64,000 nucleotides of DNA from an uncultured cyanobacterium (GTDB taxonomy: Bacteria > Cyanobacteriota > Cyanobacteriia > Cyanobacteriales > Cyanobacteriaceae): positions 608,001 to 672,000 of the forward strand of contig CAVQBA010000004.1 of NCBI GenBank assembly GCA_963710605.1, read 5' to 3'. The notes below the pieces were generated by a model. The model was not told the DNA's origin. It did not search any database and saw only the letters and a list, made by a program, of their open reading frames with translations. This document shows, in pieces, positions 18,707 to 27,576 of the stretch; positions within the stretch are counted from its first letter, which is position 1, and every line of letters starts with the position of its first letter. Position numbers and translations under genes: made by a program.

Positions 18707-19976
18707 CATCCCATTTTGCCGCACATACCCACTGTTTGTGTTCTTGATTCCACATTACAAGAGTTACAGAGTAAGGGAAAAAAGTTCCAGAGCTTACGGC
18801 GGGGGTGTTGGTAAAAGTCTTAGAGAAACTACCTTCAATACTCACCGATTCGGAGCAAAAACCATCAATCAAAGGTCCGACAACAGAATCTAAAAATGAT
18901 TCTTGATCATCTACGCTATTATATGTGGCAAAAGTTCTTAAAATACCAACTTGACTATATCCATCTGAGTTGATATTTTTTAGTTTTATTTGATGCAGTT
19001 TTTTTCCCATGTTCAAAGAGGTGGGTAAAACTGCTTTTATTTCTTCTACTGTATAATTAATTAATTCATCTTTGCAAAAAGGAATTGTCAACTCTTTTTT
19101 TCGCTTTCCATTGTCTATACTTGGATTATTAAATAAAATATGAATCTGAGTACCTTTACCTCCTTCTTTATCGTCATAAAGAGACAACGGGATGCAACAC
19201 TCACTATTTTCTGAATTAGATGTTAATTCAAAAGGTTCTGATTCAGGATCTATTTTTAGTGGAGGACAAGGTATTTTCGTTATTCCTCCTGTACCCAATA
19301 ATCCTGTAATTGCATAATTATCGATTATTGCATTACGATCGTTGTAATATTCCGATATTCTAGTAATTGCTTCAATTCCTAATATAGCTATAGGTTTTAA
19401 GTATTTTGGCAGTGGCAAAAGAAGAAAAGCTAGTTTAGCAGCATCTTTTATTTTATCTTCTGCTATTTCTCTTACGATTTCTTCAATGAGAGCGGTTGTT
19501 TCAGAGAGTAGGTTTTGCCAGAAATTTTGTTCAATTTCAGGGTCGCACCATGGAATTGGTTCTGTGAAATAAGGTCGAGCTAACAGACAGCCAAAAGTTC
19601 GATCGCTTAAACCTTCTTCAATCTGTATTTTATATTCAAACGTTGTATCACTGCTGTTATTGATTGGATTTTGATATTTCCTTTTTGGAATATCGGGAAA
19701 AGTAATCAGAGGATTAAGTTCGATAGTTAGGTTGGTATAAAGTCTACGTGGTGCAGGTTTCACCCTATTTTTTGGTGTTTGTATAGGTGAAGGGGTGGCA
19801 TTTGGAATAGGTTCAATCGATTCGGGCTTTAATGCCCAGTGTGGAACAGTTCCGCCGGCTACTGGTTCAGCATCGAAAAAGTCAATCAGAACTTCTGTCA
19901 GCACACCTACAGGACTAAATTTTATACCGTATTTAAGCAGACTCAAAGGCGATAATGTTTTTTTTAAATTAGGCAT
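18699..19976 (-). CDS. Large orphan protein (minor virion protein candidate)
   Basis: 425-aa ORF; Pro-rich linker, central hydrophobic segment, Cys-containing C-domain. Confidence 0.75.
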   Translation of the reverse strand: MPNLKKTLSPLSLLKYGIKFSPVGVLTEVLIDFFDAEPVAGGTVPHWALKPESIEPIPNATPSPIQTPKNRVKPAPRRLYTNLTIELNPLITFPDIPKRKYQNPINNSSDTTFEYKIQIEEGLSDRTFGCLLARPYFTEPIPWCDPEIEQNFWQNLLSETTALIEEIVREIAEDKIKDAAKLAFLLLPLPKYLKPIAILGIEAITRISEYYNDRNAIIDNYAITGLLGTGGITKIPCPPLKIDPESEPFELTSNSENSECCIPLSLYDDKEGGKGTQIHILFNNPSIDNGKRKKELTIPFCKDELINYTVEEIKAVLPTSLNMGKKLHQIKLKNINSDGYSQVGILRTFATYNSVDDQESFLDSVVGPLIDGFCSESVSIEGSFSKTFTNTPAVSSGTFFPYSVTLVMWNQEHKQWVCAAKWDVR

Positions 19977-19978
19977 TT

Positions 19979-21970
19979 TTATGGTTCTACTTCTTCTTCT
20001 TGATCTTCTTCTACAACAGCTTCATTAAATATGCCCATTAACACAGCTAAATTTTGCAGAATGGCCATATTTTGCTTTGTTAAATTTGGTGCGTCGGTTT
20101 GTAATTTCGGCAAAAGCATATCAGCTTCAATCTCTTCTCCGCCCAATCCTTCTTCTCCCGTTCCAACTTTCAAAACTTGATTGGTTAGCGGTAAACCTGT
20201 AGCTTTTAAATTTTGCAAAACAGCATTATAAATCTGCAAATTTAAATTTTTACTCTCAAAAATTGCACCTGAGATTGCCGATAACATATATGCTACCTCT
20301 GCTAATAGCCCGCCCATGCCTTCTATTTTACAAAACTGACTACCATCAGCACTAGGGAGAAAACTAGAACCCATTTCCTGCCAGTTCAACCCTTTATCTA
20401 AATCTTCCAAATAACTTTCGAAAACCTGTAAGAAGTTTTCGCATAAAATGAGATCGCCTTGCGTATAAACAATATTTTCGATATTCTCTTCGTTAGGATT
20501 GGCGATTTTATTCGATCGTTGTTGGTAAACTATTCCTGTCCTTTCTTCACTAGATAATCCTCCCAATTGCCCAGTTGTACCGCCACCTTTATTGTCTGCG
20601 AATTGTCCCCTAGCCCATCCATCGGGGATTGTAGCGGTTAGTTGCCCGTTTGATTCAGTTAGAGGAATTGAGTATCGTTGCCTAGTCGCAACAATTGATC
20701 CATCTAAGTTGAAGGCTACCCCATAAGCTTTACATAGAGTATCTAATCGCCTAGCAATATTCATGTATGCTTCATTTGCTTGATTATCATATGCAAATTC
20801 ACCCGCCCCTAAACAGGCGTGTATTTCGTCTATCTTTTGCAAAAAACTCATTTTATAAATTCCTTCTAATATAAAATCTTTTAATTTAAAGTGGTCTTCG
20901 AAAAAATCTTTTATTGCTTCTCTAATTTCTTGAGTTTTTCCTCTTTGAAGCCAATACCCTTTTATACTCCCTCCTACTGAAGAAAACTCACTGTAAACAT
21001 CGTCTAAAACAGATGAAAAGGTAGGAGATAAAAATACATCTCGAAAACTAAGAGAGACTAATGGTGTCCCTAAAAAAATATTTTGTCCGCTTTTTTTTTC
21101 GTGCAACATTCCAAAAACAGAAAACCCTTCATAAAAAGGTTCTTGTGTAAAAGAAAGTGTTGGAACATTATTTTTTAAGTTAGAAATATTTCGATAATCC
21201 AATGCTGGCGGCAAAATTAAAGAATCTAATGCCTCTTGATTGTTAGATGTAGCTTTCAAAGAATTAAAGCACCCGCCATTAACAATAACATCGCTACCGC
21301 TATTTCTATTGGAAAAAATATTTTGTAAGTCAAGCAAAGAAAAAGTTTGCTCAAATGATTTTGTCACAAGAGAAAATTGTTTAATCTTGTAATAATCATT
21401 TTCAAAATTACTAGGCAACACATTAGACAATTTTGAATAATTTCCCAATTCTTTTAGTATTGCTAAATCAGGTATATCAGGATTGCTCAATAATTCTGAA
21501 GGGATACCAAGTTGATTTTCTAATTTTTGGATATTAAAGGTGTCATTTCTTTCGATCGCACGTAGAAACCGATTGATATCTCCCAAAAAAGACATAAAAT
21601 CCCTGAAAAAGCTTAGCTCATTAGAATAATAAGAAAAATTTATGATAACTGAGTTTTCTGTGGCGGGCAAGACAATTTTGTCGTCTCCATGGTCAGAAAA
21701 ATCAGATAAATAAGTCCCTTCGAAATCGTACCTGTATTGTGGTGTTAGATTTTGAACTATTTTTTCATTTGCAAATAATTCAAGCCAAACTGACTTGACA
21801 TTATCTAAATAATCGATCGCATAATCAATATTTAAATTTTGCTCAAAGATATAAGCTGATTGTTGCAGTCTTGAAGTAATAGCATATTCGAACCAAAGCA
21901 ATTCACTCTCTAAGTTTTCATCAAAAAACCATAATAATTCTTTTCCGTTTGGAACTTCAGATAATCTCAT
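19979..21970 (-). CDS. Large acidic orphan protein
   Basis: 663-aa ORF; no Walker or other motif recognised; 4-bp overlap with the sulfotransferase gene. Confidence 0.75.
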   Translation of the reverse strand: MRLSEVPNGKELLWFFDENLESELLWFEYAITSRLQQSAYIFEQNLNIDYAIDYLDNVKSVWLELFANEKIVQNLTPQYRYDFEGTYLSDFSDHGDDKIVLPATENSVIINFSYYSNELSFFRDFMSFLGDINRFLRAIERNDTFNIQKLENQLGIPSELLSNPDIPDLAILKELGNYSKLSNVLPSNFENDYYKIKQFSLVTKSFEQTFSLLDLQNIFSNRNSGSDVIVNGGCFNSLKATSNNQEALDSLILPPALDYRNISNLKNNVPTLSFTQEPFYEGFSVFGMLHEKKSGQNIFLGTPLVSLSFRDVFLSPTFSSVLDDVYSEFSSVGGSIKGYWLQRGKTQEIREAIKDFFEDHFKLKDFILEGIYKMSFLQKIDEIHACLGAGEFAYDNQANEAYMNIARRLDTLCKAYGVAFNLDGSIVATRQRYSIPLTESNGQLTATIPDGWARGQFADNKGGGTTGQLGGLSSEERTGIVYQQRSNKIANPNEENIENIVYTQGDLILCENFLQVFESYLEDLDKGLNWQEMGSSFLPSADGSQFCKIEGMGGLLAEVAYMLSAISGAIFESKNLNLQIYNAVLQNLKATGLPLTNQVLKVGTGEEGLGGEEIEADMLLPKLQTDAPNLTKQNMAILQNLAVLMGIFNEAVVEEDQEEEVEP

Positions 21971-22440
21971 TTTAAATGTGGGTAATCAATTTTTATAATA
22001 GGTTCATCAAGATAGTTGCACAATTTTTCTATTTTGTTTTCATCTTCGATATTTAAAATTAAATGTTCAAGAGATTGAATTTTATTCTCTATCCTCGCTT
22101 TCGTTTGAATCAAATCTTTTCTCGATGGCAGAATATTCCCATATACCTCTTTCCTTAAATAATTTAAGTAAGCATCATTCGTCGGTTTAAGGTAATTCAA
22201 ACAAGAAGTTACCCATGTGTTCAAGTCACGAGTTGTGTAAATGAATTTTGCCTCTGGATATAGCTTAATTATTTCTCCCAAAAAACATATACATGAAATG
22301 TCAGTCGCTGAATTGAGTTGACAAATGTCTTTCATTTTTGGCAAAAACTTGGGTTTGTAACCTAATACTTTTAAAATCTTAAATAACGATTTATTTCCCG
22401 TACGGCTTAAGCCAATTCCAAAAACTTTTGGTTTACCCAT
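21967..22440 (-). CDS. Sulfotransferase-family protein (Sulfotransfer_4-like)
   Basis: KVFGIGLSRTGNKSL..L..LGY (5'-PSB loop); YPEAKFIYTTRDLNTWVTS (3'-PB motif). Confidence 0.8.
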   Translation of the reverse strand: MGKPKVFGIGLSRTGNKSLFKILKVLGYKPKFLPKMKDICQLNSATDISCICFLGEIIKLYPEAKFIYTTRDLNTWVTSCLNYLKPTNDAYLNYLRKEVYGNILPSRKDLIQTKARIENKIQSLEHLILNIEDENKIEKLCNYLDEPIIKIDYPHLK

Positions 22441-23084
22441 CTTTTTACCTTGTTTGCATTTTCTTTTTGTTCACCTCTAAGGTTAGTTGACATCCTAACT
22501 TGATGTACTCGATAGTAATACAGTGGTCTGTTAATCTTAATAGGTTGCACCTCCCAGCACATACGAGCGGTTAATTCAAAATCTATGGCTGAGTTCAGAT
22601 TTTCGTTTATTCCCCCTACTAATTTATATAAATCGAGAGAGAATAACCTAAAGTGAAACGGTAAAAATAATCGATTTAGTTTTGTAAAATCATATTCAAT
22701 ATTATTTATGTCAGGAAAAAATAATTTTTTATTCTTCACTAAATAATATTGCGTATAACACAGAGTTGAGTTTGTCTTTTTACAGATTTCTAAACATTGA
22801 GAATCTAACCAATCATCATCGTCAACCCAGCCGACTAAATCAGTCTTGACTTCTAGGTGGCATTTAATTAGAGCTTTTGCCCTTCCAATTGCAACACCCC
22901 CAATGATTTTAGATTGTGGTACAAGCTTTTTGATTAAATCGATCGATTTTTGGTATTTAGATAAATCATCATCAATGTAAACTATCCATTGCTCAGGTTG
23001 TAAAGTTTGTTTTGAAATAGACAAAGCAGTTTCAAGTAACATCTTTGGTCTATTTTTAGACGTGGTAATCAACGTAATACTCAT
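22407..23084 (-). CDS. Glycosyltransferase family 2
   Basis: NRPKMLLETALSISKQT, YIDD, GWVDDDDWL (DxD), GGINENLNSAIDFEL, LYYYRVH. Confidence 0.88.
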   Translation of the reverse strand: MSITLITTSKNRPKMLLETALSISKQTLQPEQWIVYIDDDLSKYQKSIDLIKKLVPQSKIIGGVAIGRAKALIKCHLEVKTDLVGWVDDDDWLDSQCLEICKKTNSTLCYTQYYLVKNKKLFFPDINNIEYDFTKLNRLFLPFHFRLFSLDLYKLVGGINENLNSAIDFELTARMCWEVQPIKINRPLYYYRVHQVRMSTNLRGEQKENANKVKRWVNQKFLELA

Positions 23085-23087
23085 GAT

Positions 23088-23793
23088 TTATGCACCAGAG
23101 CCACCACCAGAACCGCCACCAGAGCCACCACCAGAACCGCCACCAGAGCCACCACCAGAACCGCCACCAGAACCGCCACCAGAACCGCCACCAGAACCAC
23201 CACCAAAACCACCACTTATATCATTTGCTCCTTGTATCACATGGATACTTAATAAGGAATTACCAACTATAGAGTTATCAAAATTAGAATAGGTAAAATT
23301 AATAACAAAACTACCTGATAAATCTGAAAGAGGATCAATTGTGGTCAATCCGTTTCTTGCTAAATTTGATATTCCATATTCTGTTATTTGATTAGTATCT
23401 GGTGCATAATTGTTCGCTCCAATTTGATAATCATTAATCTCGATCGTATTATCGTTATAAAAATTTTTGACACTAGTGAGAACATTTACGTTACTGGGGC
23501 TAATTATTAAATTGCCAAAGTCATCATAAGCAAAATTTAAGGCTTGGGCAAAAGTGAAAGAATTGAAAATAGTATCGATCGATAATTGGTTATTACCGAT
23601 CGATATTTGATTAGCGTCTATACCGTTTTGTAAATTTTGTAAAGATGTTATTATCGGTTGCAGTTCTGCGATTAAAGAGTTGAATTTTGCAATGACGAAG
23701 CTACCATTTGGGTGATTAGCTTGCGCCTGACTGCTAGTAGGTGTATTATTTCTACCATCAATCGTGGGGATTAAGTGATTCTGTTAATGCCAT
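23088..23793 (-). pseudogene. ~234-aa Asn-rich protein with C-terminal (GGGS)9 tail, split by a +1 frameshift near codon 7-8
   Basis: ATG at 23793 abuts the upstream stop. ATG GCA TTA ACA GAA TCA CTT AAT... stops after 11 codons, but the +1 frame (LIPTIDGRNNTPTS...) is open all the way into the 86-aa ORF in the track. Confidence 0.7.
23095..23214. repeat. 12-bp tandem repeat (CCAGARCCRCCA x9 plus one variant) encoding GGGS on the minus strand
   Basis: Seen directly. Confidence 0.95.
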
Positions 23794-24462
23794 TTAATTT
23801 CCTACTAAAAAGTTGTTTCCAAATAATATAGAGTCACCTACTAGGGATAAAGGTTCAGTCGTTGTCGGTTGAGCTTTTACTCCTACGCTCTCAACAAGAT
23901 TATCAAATAACAAGAAATGCTCTAAATCAAAGTCGATTATTGCTGTTACCGTTAATGCTTTTTCAGCATTTGTACCATTGAAAACGGGCAAAGACGATAT
24001 TCTCGGTAAATTCTCTTCAATATTGTTTGCCAGTAAATTTTGACAATTCCAATAGAAATACTTCTCTAATGAATCAATTTTAGATTCATCTTCTAACACC
24101 ATCAAGCCTTCGTCGCTACTAACCAAATTTTTACCTAAATAGGTAATCGCTTGATTTGATTTTTCTAAAATACTCTCTAAAATATTACCGCCTAAATTAA
24201 GAGCTTTAGAGCCGTAATACACGGAACAACTTAAGACAACTTGACTAATCAATTCTCCTTGTCTCAAGCTACTTTTGATAGCTATTTGAAAAGCATCTTT
24301 TAAGCTTCGTTCTTCTTCCTGTAAATAAGCAGACCGAAGCAACAAAGCACTCCAGACGATCGCCCTCTCTACAATATCAATACCGATCGTATCCCTAATA
24401 CTTTTGCTTGGCAAACTAACCATTATTCTGCTACTAATCGTATAATGACAATTATAATGCAA
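23794..24462 (-). CDS. Hypothetical protein with internal duplication (likely start MVSLP at 24423)
   Basis: DIVERAIVWSALLL...GNILESI versus DSLEKYFYWNCQNL...DNLVESV. Confidence 0.7.
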   Translation of the reverse strand: MHYNCHYTISSRIMVSLPSKSIRDTIGIDIVERAIVWSALLLRSAYLQEEERSLKDAFQIAIKSSLRQGELISQVVLSCSVYYGSKALNLGGNILESILEKSNQAITYLGKNLVSSDEGLMVLEDESKIDSLEKYFYWNCQNLLANNIEENLPRISSLPVFNGTNAEKALTVTAIIDFDLEHFLLFDNLVESVGVKAQPTTTEPLSLVGDSILFGNNFLVGN

Positions 24463-24478
24463 GTATCGATAATTGATT

Positions 24479-24613
24479 ATGCAAAAATCGAATACCTTAA
24501 AACGAATAAGACGATATTTAAAACTAGCTTATGATTCTCTTCAAAAAATAGAGATTAAAGATAAGCAGTTGATCCTTTCAATAATTAAAGATTTAGTTGA
24601 GAAAATAAAATGA
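24479..24613 (+). CDS. 44-aa basic micro-ORF coupled to the peptidase
   Basis: MQKSNTLKRIRRYLKLAYDSLQKIEIKDKQLILSIIKDLVEKIK*; ATGA overlap with 24610. Confidence 0.5.
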   Translation: MQKSNTLKRIRRYLKLAYDSLQKIEIKDKQLILSIIKDLVEKIK

Positions 24614-25203
24614 GTACTTTAGAGGCGATTAACCGCCAATACGAAAGATTAAGAAAATACGATCGAGAGAATTTATCCCCTGAAGCCCTCATCGAAAAGG
24701 TACACGCCACAAAATGCAATTATTTCTCTCAAAGAGACAATTACAAGCAGCCACACCGTACCTGTAATAGCAGTAGTAATGCGATGTACCTTGATTGGCT
24801 ACTGAGAGTTTGCCAGATAAACGACGGCTTAGGGGGCGACGACGGGTACTTAAAAAAGGTTTTTTCTTTGGGTGATACAATCTATCATGGTGTCCAAACT
24901 CAAGTAATTAAGGATTACGGTATTTCTACGAAGTGGATGACCGATCGAGATGAACCTTTTATTTTGGAATTACTAAAAAAAGGATTTGTTGTCCCTTGCA
25001 ATATTTTACACAGAGGGAAATTGAATAATCCGAGAGGCGGTCATGTTATTTGTTTGGTTGGAATTTTCGGTAAAGAATTAGTAGCCCATGATCCATACGG
25101 GAGTCTGTGGAGTGGATACAAATATCATGATGGAAGTTACAGCAAAATTCACCAAAACATTTTCTTTACTCGTTGGCAAGGAGGCTATAGAATATTAGCT
25201 TAA
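24610..25203 (+). CDS. C39-like cysteine peptidase (endolysin candidate)
   Basis: YFSQRDN...TCNSSSNAM (Gln/Cys), GGHVICLVG (His), HDPYG (Asp). Confidence 0.8.
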   Translation: MSTLEAINRQYERLRKYDRENLSPEALIEKVHATKCNYFSQRDNYKQPHRTCNSSSNAMYLDWLLRVCQINDGLGGDDGYLKKVFSLGDTIYHGVQTQVIKDYGISTKWMTDRDEPFILELLKKGFVVPCNILHRGKLNNPRGGHVICLVGIFGKELVAHDPYGSLWSGYKYHDGSYSKIHQNIFFTRWQGGYRILA

Positions 25204-25206
25204 TAT

Positions 25207-25293
25207 ATGATTTTATTTATTTTAGGGTTTATATCAGGAGTCTATACCCTTCTTTTTTTTATTTTATTAGCAGGAGGGTTTAGAGACAGATGA
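25207..25293 (+). CDS. 28-aa single-TM micro-protein
   Basis: MILFILGFISGVYTLLFFILLAGGFRDR*; 3 bp after the peptidase stop. Confidence 0.5.
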   Translation: MILFILGFISGVYTLLFFILLAGGFRDR

Positions 25294-25388
25294 TGGGTGA
25301 TAAAAAATCTAATCTTCAAGTTAGTATAAATAAAGTGGTTGTGGTTACACTGGCGGTAGTTTTTGCCTTACAAAAGATTCTTGCTTAA
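25290..25388 (+). CDS. 32-aa single-TM micro-protein
   Basis: MMGDKKSNLQVSINKVVVVTLAVVFALQKILA*; ATGA overlap with the previous ORF; AGGAGG about 14 nt upstream. Confidence 0.45.
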   Translation: MMGDKKSNLQVSINKVVVVTLAVVFALQKILA

Positions 25389-26038
25389 GATTTAAGTCGA
25401 TCGTACATCAAGGCATTTTGAATGATAAAAGCGTTCCCCAGTAAGACCGCAACAAAGGTTGTTAAATAGGTTAAAATTCCAAAGTATTCACTGATAAAAA
25501 TCATAAATATAAAAGGGAATAAAGTTATTAATATCATCAACAAAAACGATCTATATATCAACCAGAAATTGCCTTTTGTCATATTCCATGAATTTTCTAT
25601 GGACTGAGAAATATTGTAGTTATCAATAGCGATCGCTGTACTCATAAAATATAACTTAGGGAAAAAATACAATCCAGGAATAATTAAAAAAATAGTTCCA
25701 AAGACAAGAATAATTGTTGCAATTAAATTTCCCCAGAGTAAATTCCAAAATTTTTGAAAGCTCAAGCTAATAGACTTTAAGATTGTGATTTTTCTTCCTT
25801 GGTTGAAGCGAGAATGGAAAATATAAATTACCGAATAAAACAAGGGATAGGCTACTAAACCATTGAAAATATATAGAGTATTGAAAACAGCCCCTGACTC
25901 ATCAAGCATTAAAAAGAAAGTCAAGTATAAAGCAAAAATCGACGAGAATAAAGATATTTTTTTGTAAGTTTGACCGTAAAGATTAAACGTTTCCTTAGTA
26001 ATGTCGATCGCAGTAAATTTGTTAACCATGGTGGACAT
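25385..26038 (-). CDS. Polytopic membrane protein (YciC/DUF975-like), cargo gene
   Basis: FGTIFLIIPGLY, SIENSWNMTKGNFW; about 5 TM segments. Confidence 0.7.
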   Translation of the reverse strand: MSTMVNKFTAIDITKETFNLYGQTYKKISLFSSIFALYLTFFLMLDESGAVFNTLYIFNGLVAYPLFYSVIYIFHSRFNQGRKITILKSISLSFQKFWNLLWGNLIATIILVFGTIFLIIPGLYFFPKLYFMSTAIAIDNYNISQSIENSWNMTKGNFWLIYRSFLLMILITLFPFIFMIFISEYFGILTYLTTFVAVLLGNAFIIQNALMYDRLKS

Positions 26039-26101
26039 ATAATTATTTTTGTCAATAATTATATGTCATACTACTCGACCTAAAATATTTTTCTATTTAC
26101 C

Positions 26102-26428
26102 TCACTTACCATGTAATACATAGTCAATAAAATTAGCGAACGCCTTTTCACAGTCTTTGTAATACTTAGATTGAGTACCGTAGGGCAAAGACTTCAGTGC
26201 TTTAGATTGATACTCAACTAAGGTGCTTTTGTCGATCGCATTTGGCTTCATCTCTAATAGCTTATCCTCATGTATTTGCTCAATTAAGTCAGCGATTGAT
26301 TGATTATTTTCTTTAGCTTTGTCTTTGAGATAATCGTAAGTTGAATCTGTTAGCCTAATACTCCTTATTTTACGTGCTTCGGCAGATTTCTTGATGAATC
26401 TACCTAATTGGTCTTTTTTCATTAGCAT
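26102..26428 (-). CDS. Ribbon-helix-helix (CopG-like) regulator
   Basis: KIRSIRLTDSTYDYLKDKAKENNQSIADLIEQI. Confidence 0.7.
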   Translation of the reverse strand: MLMKKDQLGRFIKKSAEARKIRSIRLTDSTYDYLKDKAKENNQSIADLIEQIHEDKLLEMKPNAIDKSTLVEYQSKALKSLPYGTQSKYYKDCEKAFANFIDYVLHGK

Positions 26429-26464
26429 TTTACCTTGTAATACATAGTCTTAGTATAAGAAAAA

Positions 26465-26496
26465 ACGATCGCCCACCAACAGCGGTAAGCGATCGT
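26465..26496. terminator. Hairpin/terminator candidate
   Basis: ACGATCGC...GCGATCGT with an A-run on the left (T-run on the minus strand). Confidence 0.45.
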
Positions 26497-26506
26497 CTTT
26501 GTTCAT

Positions 26507-26734
26507 TTAGCTTCCTTTTGCTAATAAAATTTTTGCCCGTTGGTAAACATCGTCTAAGTTTTCTTCAATCCAATCTTGCTTGAAGCAAAGAGGCGAATTA
26601 CTGCTATCGAACCAGAAAATTATTTGTTGTAATTTTTTCGAGTAGTTGATCGAAGTAACGGTTTTAATATTGATTAAGTTCCTGTCTAGTTTTCCGATTG
26701 GCGATTTTCCAGTTTTAAATGTTATTTCAATCAT
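26507..26734 (-). CDS. Hypothetical protein
   Basis: 75-aa ORF in the small-gene cluster. Confidence 0.55.
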   Translation of the reverse strand: MIEITFKTGKSPIGKLDRNLINIKTVTSINYSKKLQQIIFWFDSSNSPLCFKQDWIEENLDDVYQRAKILLAKGS

Positions 26735-26812
26735 ATTATTAGTTAAACAAGCCGTGTATTACATGGCTTGTTTATAGTGTTTACACTTTGAGTAATTTTG
26801 TAGGCTATTTGA

Positions 26813-27055
26813 CTAGATTGGCTCTTCTATCATTGTGCGTATAAACCAATCACTTTCTTCAATCAGCTCTAATTCGATCGCATGATAAAAGCTAAGAGCC
26901 TTTATTACTTCCTCATGGGTGACTTTAAAATAATGCCACGAACTATTGTCCAAATGACAAACCAAAATTGTTTTGCCTTTGAGAGAATTAAGTATTTTAT
27001 GTGGATGACCGCCTTTTAGAAGGTAGGTTGTTTTTTGCTCTGTTTTAGTAATCAT
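26813..27055 (-). CDS. Hypothetical protein
   Basis: 80-aa ORF. Confidence 0.55.
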   Translation of the reverse strand: MITKTEQKTTYLLKGGHPHKILNSLKGKTILVCHLDNSSWHYFKVTHEEVIKALSFYHAIELELIEESDWFIRTMIEEPI

Positions 27056-27132
27056 GTTATTATTTAGCTAGTTTATGCGTCGAACGTTTAAGCCCCTCAG
27101 TATTGTTGTTACTGAAGGGCTATTGGGTTTAG

Positions 27133-27426
27133 TTAGTTGATCTCAATCATCTGCATTAACTGCTGTTCGATCGGATCTAAATGGGGTTTAGTTTCAATGG
27201 TTTTATTTCCACCTTGAAATATAAGCCCCATTGCCTTTTGTGCCTGTTCGCCGCTGATACGCCCGCTTTTATACAAACGGTGAACTGCTTTAAGATACTC
27301 CTGATCCGAATACTTCATTGCCTGCTTCTCTTCATGTTCTCTCATGAGTTCATCGCAACGTAACAAAGCACCACAGATAGTAGGGAGCGACTCAAACAAT
27401 CCTTTAGCTAAATTAAGCTCATTCAT
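27133..27426 (-). CDS. Hypothetical protein
   Basis: 97-aa ORF followed by a hairpin at ~27091-27121. Confidence 0.6.
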   Translation of the reverse strand: MNELNLAKGLFESLPTICGALLRCDELMREHEEKQAMKYSDQEYLKAVHRLYKSGRISGEQAQKAMGLIFQGGNKTIETKPHLDPIEQQLMQMIEIN

Positions 27427-27576
27427 AATATTAAATTTTCTAGGTACAGGTTTATAGGTTTACCTCAAGGCTTGAGTGTAGTTTTGGTCTTGGGGGTATT
27501 TCGCCCCCGCTCTTGCTGTTTTTTGAGGTATATGTTTATGATACCATTCTACTACCAAAAAAACAACTAATTAACA

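Noticed and set aside
19979-20851. Separate gene starting at the internal MSFLQK of the 663-aa ORF
   Set aside because: The frame is continuous with no stop, so a split cannot be supported from sequence alone
23062-23292. (EPPP)n and (HHQNR)n ORFs on the plus strand
   Set aside because: Antisense shadows of the GGGS repeat; the minus-strand frame fits the coupled operon
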